Origin: an uncultured Clostridia bacterium
GTDB lineage: Bacteria > Bacillota > Clostridia > Christensenellales > UBA1242
Assembly (NCBI GenBank): GCA_934772045.1
Contig: CAKVMH010000001.1
Coordinates: 283,646 to 307,645 of the forward strand
Direction of reading: 5' to 3'
DNA length: 24,000 bases
Positions 17,201-24,000 of this stretch are shown one piece after another (position 1 is the stretch's first letter; every line of letters begins with the position of its first letter). The translations under genes were made by a program, and so were the position numbers. The notes under the pieces are model-generated. The model saw only the letters and a list, made by a program, of their open reading frames with translations, was not told where the DNA came from and searched no databases.

Positions 17201-19615
17201 ATTTATGCAAAAAGGAACGATGTTCCAGTTGAATCAAATTATTGGACTTCAGCGTTAACATATAAAACCTATGATTCAGACTCGGGTTATTGGATTTACA
17301 GCAAAACAAAACTTGAGACAAACAGTCACACTATAACCACAAGTACAAACGGCAATGGCACAATAACTCCGTCAGGAAATGTCTCCGTCAATGAAGGGAC
17401 AAGCCAAACCTTCACATTTGAACCAAACGTCGGTTACCGCGTAAAGAGCGTGATTGTTGACGGTGTAGCCTTAGAGGGCGAAGAATTAACAAATGCGATA
17501 AGCGATGGTTACACATTTACAAATGTTACTGAGAACCACGCAATTACTGTTGAATTTGAAATACAAACTTTCACAATTAAAGCCAGTGCTGGTGTCAATG
17601 GTTCAATCAGCGACGTTGGTGATAACGAAGTAAATTATGGTGACAGCAAAAAGTTTACATTCACGGCTAACACTGGATACTATGTAAAAAGCATAATAGT
17701 TGACGGCACACCTTTATCAGAAACAGCCTTAGAAAATGCCATTAACAATGGTTACACATTCACAAACGTTACCCAAAACCACACTATTAGTGTTGAGTTT
17801 GAAATACAAACTTTCACAGTTTCGGCTTCAAAAGTGGGCGGTGGAACGATAAGCCCAAGTGGAAACATCTCAGTAGATTTTGGGTCTAGCCTGACTTTCA
17901 CATTTACGGTGGGCGCAGATTACCATATAAAGAGTTTGACTGTTGACGGCGTAGAATTAACAGAAGAGGCATTAGTGGACGCCATCAACAATGGATATAC
18001 ATTTACAAATATAAGCGAAAATCACACTATTAAAATAGTGTTTGAAATTGACAGTTACCTAATTACGGCCAGCGCGGGCGATAATGGCGCGATTAGTCCG
18101 TCTGGGAGCGTGCCTGTAGACGCTGGAGCAAATCAAACATTTACATTCACGCCTGACATTGGCTACAAAATCGGCAACATACAAGTTGACGGCGAAGATT
18201 TGGGCGAAATTCCTAGCTACACTTTTAAAAATGTTAAAGAACAACATACAATATCTGTAAGTTTTGTTAAAATTGTTAGCACAATCACCGCAACAGCTGG
18301 CAAAAATGGCACGATTTCCTCATCTGGAACACAAAGCATAGAGTATGGTGAAAGTGTCACTTACATATTTAAACCGAATACTGGCTACAAGGTTAAAGAT
18401 GTTCTGGTTAATGGTGAATCGAAGGGTGCTATCGAAAGTTACACATTCAGCGATGTTTTAACGGATCAAACAATTCATGTAGAATTTGAAAAAAAAGTTT
18501 TAACAATCAATGTCATATGCGGTGAACATGGCAGTATTGCACCAACCGGAACTAATGGCGTTGTAAATGTTGAGTATGGTGATAGTATAACATTTACGAT
18601 TACTCCAGACGAAGGATATGGGATTGACTACATCAAATTAAACGATGTTGAAATTGACATTAAAGACACTATTGTTTTTGGAAATGTAACAGAAAATCAA
18701 AAGATTGAAGTTGTTTTCACAAATAGTTATTTAATCAGTTCGGATGTTAGTGCTGGCAACGGTACAATTACACAATCAACAATGGTTGGATATGGCGACA
18801 GTGTAACATTTACAATCACACCAGATGAAGGGTACAATATTAAAGATGTCAAAATTGACGGTGTTAGTGTGGGTGCAGTAAGTTCTTACATTTTCACCAA
18901 TGTTAAAAAGGTTTACACAATCTCGGTTGAATTTGAAATTAAAAAATTCAATATAACTGTCAATGTGGAAGGACAAGGAAATTTAAGTTGCGATAGCACA
19001 CTTGAAAATGTACCTTACGGCGAAAGCAGAGTGTTTACAATTTCCGCCTACGAAGGCTGGGAGTTTAACAAAGTTTATGTAAATGAAGAGGTTATTGATG
19101 TTAGCAACAACGCGTTGACAATAAGTCAAATTGATAAGGATATAACCATTCGAGCAGTGTTCACTGAAAAGGTTAAAGAACCAGTAATCGAACCTGAAAC
19201 AGATAACAAAACCACAACAAACAGCGTTGACACAACAACTATTGCAATTATTTGTGGTTCTGCAGTGTTTGCTTTATTGTTGGCAGGGGTGCTTATAAAA
19301 GTCTTTAAAAATAAAAATAGGAAAACTGCAATAACTTTGTCCACTCCAAATGAAACAATTAATAATGTTCAACCACAGCCGGACAACGCATACAGTGAGC
19401 CAAGCCAATCTCAACCGGCAAATTATGTTGAGCAGGTGCAAGACCCATGGTTATTGCAGGCAAGAAATTTTGCTCAAAGTAGGCAAAACGACTTTATTGC
19501 ATTCTGCAATAGGTATAGCCTTGATTACAGCAATAATTACGATAAAGCAGTTTCATCGTATTATCGGGCTTATTTAAAGTATTTACAATCAAAAAATCCA
19601 TCTAATAAAAATTGA
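14228..19615 (+). CDS. Secreted, membrane-anchored S8 subtilase with BspA-like LRRs and InlB-type repeats
   Basis: Signal peptide MKKKKYLLFVLSLIFLCSAIFVF. Catalytic motifs VVAVLDTGINTSHEMF (Asp), GGHGTHVAG (His), NGTSMASPQVAGAVALL (Ser). Then 'LTSVSDQAPP...NLPAVTSIGDYGFAFCTNLTGF' LRR_5-like region, eight 73-81 aa repeats, TM 'TTTIAIICGSAVFALLLAGVLIKVF' and a ~100-aa tail. Start chosen at the internal ATG 14228 with upstream AGGGG. Confidence 0.93.
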   Translation: MKKKKYLLFVLSLIFLCSAIFVFNPFSFKSTSASTEDGSLNDFLQFEQQIKDLNSEDELMLNNNETLLNNNENLLSVLSESDDSNSDLGDSLIFSDDENEESEFYLKRLIVQGNITNNFGATKDICYKNLHVLCYPTEQATAYAYGQFKKANYNVIIDKYETADSYADTDYDYTSYTDSWSAEAIDVGGFRQYLTDNNVNNEVVVAVLDTGINTSHEMFKDRLLKDENGKIVGYSYYNSTYQYSYDNLSFDSSDTSKYSFEDDGGHGTHVAGIICNLTPANVKILPIKIGNSAGRGTSTSILTGYLKVIEVYSKKYNIVSTNLSFSGAGKDSESDKNLFNKKCYEPLLALNILPITAAGNETNENNIEGLKAVVVSALEENSKHYSLADYSNYGKIVDISAPGTRINSAYISDTDSAVTDVYESLNGTSMASPQVAGAVALLNLNPSFSSLSASEIEQTLYDLSLDLGKPGYDTYYGYGMLNLKYFEMPNTQANLSFYKDGELISDEENESCINFEDKMTLTITSSDKDFQIFYTTDKTIPTKAKSLNSSIPTADYIGSYTTDLKVPNIIYLYVIGLKVVDNKIVARTNLYNISFFNINTPIEDCFEIDSDGTLTNYIGNYKELTIPGTIKGLEVKKLGYSLFKGSNLQSVTLPESCTGISGYVFKNCKDLKYIYAPGVVKIWFAGFTNCTSLTSVSDQAPPAGTTTGAYLPNYTITMGAIFFNCINLKTVSLSKLKAVELKDFYGCSSLEYVNLPAVTSIGDYGFAFCTNLTGFNIGETLETIGNGVFGKCSNLKTFTVDANNANFYTDGLGLYSKDSLVSFASGNKNIDYSILSSVTIGGTTYNITTIPEYVSSESSLTSLTIPESINYIGKFAFSRIGTLYYNAINCVSTGYMSKDAAGVPTVGAVIDNIGTIVIGENVQQVPERLFQWSIFSNVIINSYSTIFGEYCFRGEDKLKNKLVFNFDEQIDLDYLNMCADTALMMIGGINYIYAKRNDVPVESNYWTSALTYKTYDSDSGYWIYSKTKLETNSHTITTSTNGNGTITPSGNVSVNEGTSQTFTFEPNVGYRVKSVIVDGVALEGEELTNAISDGYTFTNVTENHAITVEFEIQTFTIKASAGVNGSISDVGDNEVNYGDSKKFTFTANTGYYVKSIIVDGTPLSETALENAINNGYTFTNVTQNHTISVEFEIQTFTVSASKVGGGTISPSGNISVDFGSSLTFTFTVGADYHIKSLTVDGVELTEEALVDAINNGYTFTNISENHTIKIVFEIDSYLITASAGDNGAISPSGSVPVDAGANQTFTFTPDIGYKIGNIQVDGEDLGEIPSYTFKNVKEQHTISVSFVKIVSTITATAGKNGTISSSGTQSIEYGESVTYIFKPNTGYKVKDVLVNGESKGAIESYTFSDVLTDQTIHVEFEKKVLTINVICGEHGSIAPTGTNGVVNVEYGDSITFTITPDEGYGIDYIKLNDVEIDIKDTIVFGNVTENQKIEVVFTNSYLISSDVSAGNGTITQSTMVGYGDSVTFTITPDEGYNIKDVKIDGVSVGAVSSYIFTNVKKVYTISVEFEIKKFNITVNVEGQGNLSCDSTLENVPYGESRVFTISAYEGWEFNKVYVNEEVIDVSNNALTISQIDKDITIRAVFTEKVKEPVIEPETDNKTTTNSVDTTTIAIICGSAVFALLLAGVLIKVFKNKNRKTAITLSTPNETINNVQPQPDNAYSEPSQSQPANYVEQVQDPWLLQARNFAQSRQNDFIAFCNRYSLDYSNNYDKAVSSYYRAYLKYLQSKNPSNKN
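17328..19180 (+). repeat. Eight InlB/Listeria-Bacteroides-type (divergent) repeats within the subtilase
   Basis: Recurring pattern 'aGxnGtIsPsG...v.yGds.tFtftPntGYkvksv.vDG......sYtFtnVtenhtIsVeFei', eight copies in the translation. Boundaries are approximate. Confidence 0.85.
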
Positions 19616-19627
19616 TGTGATAACATT

Positions 19628-19658
19628 AAAAGGTAACTTTAATAGGTTGCCTTTTTTG
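19628..19658 (+). terminator. Intrinsic terminator after subtilase
   Basis: AAAAGGTAAC (19628-19637) / GTTGCCTTTT (19646-19655), then a T-tract. Confidence 0.85.
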
Positions 19659-19863
19659 TCGTTATTGTAAAATATGTTGCAATATTGCTTCTAAATTTCT
19701 ATGTGTCTTCAATTTAATGCAGTTCAAATGCTTGGGCTATTAGTATATATTACTAAGCAAAATGAAAGCAAATTAAGTGCTCTATACAATATGAAAATAT
19801 TTAAACAAAAATCAAATTTTTAAAACACTTGTTAAATTTGTACATTTGATGTAAAATAAAACT

Positions 19864-21819
19864 ATGGAATATAGGAAATTTGAACTTAAATCTAAATACA
19901 AACCAACAGGTGACCAACCACAAGCGATTGCGTCATTGGTTGAGGGTATAAACGATGGATTGACCAGCCAAGTTTTAAAAGGCGTAACCGGAAGTGGCAA
20001 AACTTTTACAATGGCAAATGTCATTGCGCAAGTGAACCGTCCAACTTTGGTGCTTGCACATAACAAAACTTTGGCTGCACAATTGTGTAATGAGTTTAGG
20101 GAGTTTTTCCCTAACAATAGGGTTGAATTTTTTGTTTCGTATTACGATTATTATCAGCCAGAAGCCTACATTGTTTCAAGCGATACCTATATTGAAAAGG
20201 ATATGAGCGTAAACGACGAAATTGACAAGCTTCGTTTGAGTGCCACCAGCAGTTTGCTTGAAAGGAGCGATACAATTGTTGTTGCGTCAGTTTCGTGTAT
20301 TTATGGTTTAGGTGAACCAAAAGAGTTTTTAGATTTACACATTTCTTTGCGTGTTGGTGACAAAATGCCACGTGAAGAGCTTATTAAAAGGCTTATCAGC
20401 ATACAATATGAACGCAACGATGTAGATTTCCATCGAAGCACCTTCCGCGCACGCGGGGATGTTGTGGATATTTTCCCAGCCGACAGCAGTGAACACGCTA
20501 TTCGTGTTGAATTTTTTGATGACGAAATTGAAGCAATAAGCGAATTTGAAGTGGTGACAGGGCATGTTATCGACAGGTTAAAGCATGCTTCAATTTTCCC
20601 TGCAAGCCACTATGCGGTGGGGAGCGAAAAATTGCAACAGGCACTCGAACAAATTAAAACCGACGCCAATGCGCGTGAACAATTCTTTGCAGAACAAGGT
20701 AAATATATTGAAGCACAACGAATTAAGGAACGCACCAATTACGACATTGAAATGATGCAAGAAATGGGCTATTGTTCGGGTATTGAAAACTATTCGCGCT
20801 ATTTTGATGGGCGTGAACCAGGCGAACCACCTTACACTTTGCTCGATTATTTCCCAAAAGGTTTCTTGCTTTTTGTGGACGAAAGCCACATAACGCTTCC
20901 ACAAGTGCGCGGTATGTATAATGGCGACCGTGCGCGCAAAACAAGCCTTGTAGATTATGGTTTCCGTTTGCCAAGTGCGTATGACAACCGTCCACTCAAT
21001 TTTGAAGAGTTTAATAGGCGCATTGGTCAAGCAATTTATGTTTCAGCCACACCAAATGAGTATGAATTGGGGCTTTCTGGCAACACTGTTGAGCAAATTA
21101 TCCGCCCAACTTACTTGTTGGATCCTGAAATTGAAGTTCGTCCAAGCAATGGGCAAGTGGATAATTTATTTGATGAAATTACAAAAACAGTTGCTAAAAA
21201 AGGTAAAGTTTTGGTGACCACTTTAACCAAGAAAATGGCGGAAGATTTATGCACATATTTTGGTGAAAATGGTGTTCGTGTTAAATACTTGCACAGCGAC
21301 ATTGACACACTTGAACGCGTTAAAATCATCAACGAATTGCGTGCAGATGAATTTGACGTTTTAGTGGGCATAAATTTGTTGCGTGAAGGGTTAGATTTGC
21401 CAGAAGTTACATTGGTTGCCATTTTAGATGCAGACAAAGAAGGCTTTTTAAGGAGTGCCACATCATTAATTCAAATCATTGGTAGGGCAGCGCGTAACAG
21501 TGAAAGTAAGGTTATAATGTACGCTGACAGCATAACAGAAAGCATGAAGAAGGCCATCGATGAAACAAATTATAGGCGCGCAAAACAACAGGCTTATAAT
21601 GAAGAACATCATGTCAAACCTATGACAATCAAAAAAGGAATTGTCGACTCACTTAAAATTAGGATAGATGACGATAACAAAAAGATGACCAAGCCAGAAA
21701 TTGCAAAACAAATTGAGCAAATGAAAGGCATGATGAATACTGCATCAAGCCAACTCGACTTTGAAACCGCAATAAAACTGCGCGACGAAATTGCAAAACT
21801 AAAACGCAAACTCCGCTAA
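19864..21819 (+). CDS. uvrB: Excinuclease ABC subunit B
   Basis: '[39 protein letters not shown]', beta-hairpin '[21 protein letters not shown]', '[37 protein letters not shown]', C-terminal UVR motif. Confidence 0.98.
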   Translation: MEYRKFELKSKYKPTGDQPQAIASLVEGINDGLTSQVLKGVTGSGKTFTMANVIAQVNRPTLVLAHNKTLAAQLCNEFREFFPNNRVEFFVSYYDYYQPEAYIVSSDTYIEKDMSVNDEIDKLRLSATSSLLERSDTIVVASVSCIYGLGEPKEFLDLHISLRVGDKMPREELIKRLISIQYERNDVDFHRSTFRARGDVVDIFPADSSEHAIRVEFFDDEIEAISEFEVVTGHVIDRLKHASIFPASHYAVGSEKLQQALEQIKTDANAREQFFAEQGKYIEAQRIKERTNYDIEMMQEMGYCSGIENYSRYFDGREPGEPPYTLLDYFPKGFLLFVDESHITLPQVRGMYNGDRARKTSLVDYGFRLPSAYDNRPLNFEEFNRRIGQAIYVSATPNEYELGLSGNTVEQIIRPTYLLDPEIEVRPSNGQVDNLFDEITKTVAKKGKVLVTTLTKKMAEDLCTYFGENGVRVKYLHSDIDTLERVKIINELRADEFDVLVGINLLREGLDLPEVTLVAILDADKEGFLRSATSLIQIIGRAARNSESKVIMYADSITESMKKAIDETNYRRAKQQAYNEEHHVKPMTIKKGIVDSLKIRIDDDNKKMTKPEIAKQIEQMKGMMNTASSQLDFETAIKLRDEIAKLKRKLR

Positions 21820-21830
21820 GTATTAATTTT

Positions 21831-21861
21831 AAAAATGCACCAATTTCTTGGTGTATTTTTT
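21831..21861 (+). terminator. Intrinsic terminator after uvrB
   Basis: AAAAATGCACCA (21831-21842) / TGGTGTATTTTT (21849-21860). Confidence 0.85.
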
Positions 21862-22481
21862 CATATTCAAAAAACATCACTTACATCTTTAGTCGAAGAA
21901 AAGCAATTATTCATGTTCCTTTTGATGTGTGGAAAAGAGTGCTAAAATGAGTGCGAAAATTAATAAAAATAATAAAAAATAAATAAAAAATGCGAAAAAT
22001 CATAAAAAATTAATAAAAAAATGATAAAATAAATAAAATTTTTTAATTTTTAATAATTTTTATTTTAATTTTTTAATTAAAAAACGAATTTTATTTTGAA
22101 TATTTTTTTGAACCTGTTTTTATTTATAATTTTTTATTTTCGTATTTCGTTTAGTTTGCTTAAATTTAAGGAAAAAATGAAATTTTAAAAATATTTGAAT
22201 AAAATTAATTAATTTTTCAATTTTTCACCGATTAATTAAAAAATTAATTTAACTTTAACAAAATTAAATTTTTGATAACATTCAAATAATATTCAAAAAA
22301 ATTAGTTTCTTTTATTTATATATTTTTAATACAATTGTTTGATTTTTTTGTCGAAATAGTATAAAATACTATTAAGTAAATTTAATGATTTTGGCGTGAT
22401 TTAGTTTGGCTTGACAACAAACTAAATTTTTGCAATTAAATTGAAATATTTACTTTAACGATGAAATTTGGAGATGCGTGT

Positions 22482-24000
22482 ATGATGAAAGTTAGCAAAA
22501 GAACTGGTAAAATTATTGTAACATCAATCGTCACATTTTTGATGGCTTGTCTTTTTGTGTTTACAGGTGTGGCTGTTGTTGTTTCGGTAAAAAAGAAAAG
22601 TCAAGGGAAGGGTAGCATCACACCAACCAACCCAATAGTGTGGTCGGTTGACGATTACGATGGTGAACAGCCTAACACACTCAACTGGTTAAGTGGGGAT
22701 AGCTTTGCAAACCGTGGTAGCAAAGCATACACCATAAACTCAGCTGAATCGTTTTTGAAATTCATTGAGATAGTAAATAGTGACTCAGCAACTGAGTACA
22801 ACTATTTCAAGGATTACACAATATATCTCAACAAATCCATCAACATGAATGGTTACCATATTTCATCAATAGGTAAAAAGATAACAGAAGATGGAAAAAC
22901 CTTCTCATCATTCCAAGGTGTATTCGATGGTTCATACTACACAATTCAAAATGCAGTAATAGATGGCAATGGTTTATTCGGTTACACAGAAAATGCAACA
23001 ATTAAAAACATTGGCTTATACAACTGCACGATAGACAGTGCTGAACAATATGTCGGTGGCATCTTAGGTGAAGGCGTAAACACAACAATTGAAAACACAT
23101 TTGTTCGCTTAGGTTCAATTAAATCTAACAAAACCCTTGGTGGTATTGCAGGTAAGATAACAATTGATCGTACCCTAAACAGCACAGTTCCACAAGACAT
23201 AATTCGCAACAGCTTTGTAGACAGTACATTGACATCAAACAGCCTTGCAGGCATAGTAGGTGAAATAGTATCTAAAGACAACGCAATGGAAAACGGCGGT
23301 GTAGTGTCTAACTGTTACTTCTCAACAGGCAAACGTGCATATTACACAAACAACATGCGCATAAGGTACACAAACATATTAGCATTAGAACAATCTAAAG
23401 ATTTCAGCTCATTCAATGTACGTACATACTCTCCAAGCCTACTCAGGGAAACCAACGCATGGACAAACTATACATACATTGAAGGCAGTAAAGCACTTAA
23501 TTTCAACTATCCACTACTTGCAGAATTTGTAAAAGTGTTCATGACAGGTTCATCATACGAAAACGTAACAGTAAAGAACGGCGAAGTTAAAAACGCAACT
23601 ACACTTTACGACGCATTTAAATCTGTAGAAGCGAACGAACAAGCAGAAGTAAACATCATTGTTGAAAAAGTGTTCATGAATGAAACTGCTGTTGCTGGCG
23701 AGGAAACAACAATTAAACTGAATTCGACAGTGGACACTATGATTTTAAGGGGTGAGAAGTCACCTCAAACACTTTTTGTCAGCACCGACGCTTCAACACT
23801 TGTGCTTGGTGATACTAACGCAACATCATCAACTCCAGCCCTTGTGCTTGACGGTGACCGCGATAGGGTTGAAAAACAGGGCCTTAAATCTGGCGTTATG
23901 GTTATGGCTGAAGGCAAGGACTTTAAAATGGGCAAAAACGTTGTCATTCAAAACAACGTTAATAATGTAAGCCCATACGGCGGTGGCTTGCTTGTTATCG
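22482..24000 (+). CDS. N-terminal part of a large exported/surface protein, truncated by window end
   Basis: Uninterrupted frame MMKVSKRTGKIIVTSIVTFLMACLFVFTGVAVVVSVKKKSQGKGS... through 'LGEGVNTTIENTFVRLGSIKSNKTLGGIAGKITI...SNSLAGIVGEI' (GLUG-like) to position 24000. It is absent from the ORF track because it is open-ended. Confidence 0.85.
   Translation, partial: MMKVSKRTGKIIVTSIVTFLMACLFVFTGVAVVVSVKKKSQGKGSITPTNPIVWSVDDYDGEQPNTLNWLSGDSFANRGSKAYTINSAESFLKFIEIVNSDSATEYNYFKDYTIYLNKSINMNGYHISSIGKKITEDGKTFSSFQGVFDGSYYTIQNAVIDGNGLFGYTENATIKNIGLYNCTIDSAEQYVGGILGEGVNTTIENTFVRLGSIKSNKTLGGIAGKITIDRTLNSTVPQDIIRNSFVDSTLTSNSLAGIVGEIVSKDNAMENGGVVSNCYFSTGKRAYYTNNMRIRYTNILALEQSKDFSSFNVRTYSPSLLRETNAWTNYTYIEGSKALNFNYPLLAEFVKVFMTGSSYENVTVKNGEVKNATTLYDAFKSVEANEQAEVNIIVEKVFMNETAVAGEETTIKLNSTVDTMILRGEKSPQTLFVSTDASTLVLGDTNATSSTPALVLDGDRDRVEKQGLKSGVMVMAEGKDFKMGKNVVIQNNVNNVSPYGGGLLVI

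Noticed and set aside
18059-18976. Minus-strand ORFs inside the subtilase gene
   Set aside because: Short antisense frames within a long, clearly coding repeat region.

Overview
This is a low-GC, Firmicutes-like chromosomal window made up mostly of housekeeping genes. On the minus strand (window start to ~8 kb) are a partial membrane protein, a GT2 glycosyltransferase, an MGDG-synthase/UgtP-like glycosyltransferase, a DUF421/YetF-like protein, a P-loop kinase-like protein, a small hypothetical, tRNA-Gly(CCC), a HIT-family protein and ychF. On the plus strand are tRNA-Met, tRNA-Glu, uppP, an XRE regulator, a pepF-like M3 peptidase, two small proteins of the same architecture (predicted winged helix plus C-terminal TM), a ~1,800-aa surface subtilase with eight InlB-type repeats, uvrB, and the 5' part of another large exported protein. 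The most interesting non-coding signal is a ~570-nt plus-strand region (9303-9871) with no convincing ORF. It has a strong consensus promoter, an 8-bp helix closing its ends, many internal hairpins and a downstream intrinsic terminator, so it looks like a large ornate structured ncRNA. I cannot assign its family without a covariance-model search. Other notable signals are a hairpin-packed 286-nt spacer between tRNA-Met and tRNA-Glu, a nested 112-bp palindrome after the putative ncRNA, tandem Spo0A-box-like sites before the XRE gene, REP-like repeats, a 36-bp in-frame tandem repeat upstream of the subtilase, and an operator-rich AT-rich region before the last gene. I found no convincing CRISPR array, phage, or multi-gene defence system.
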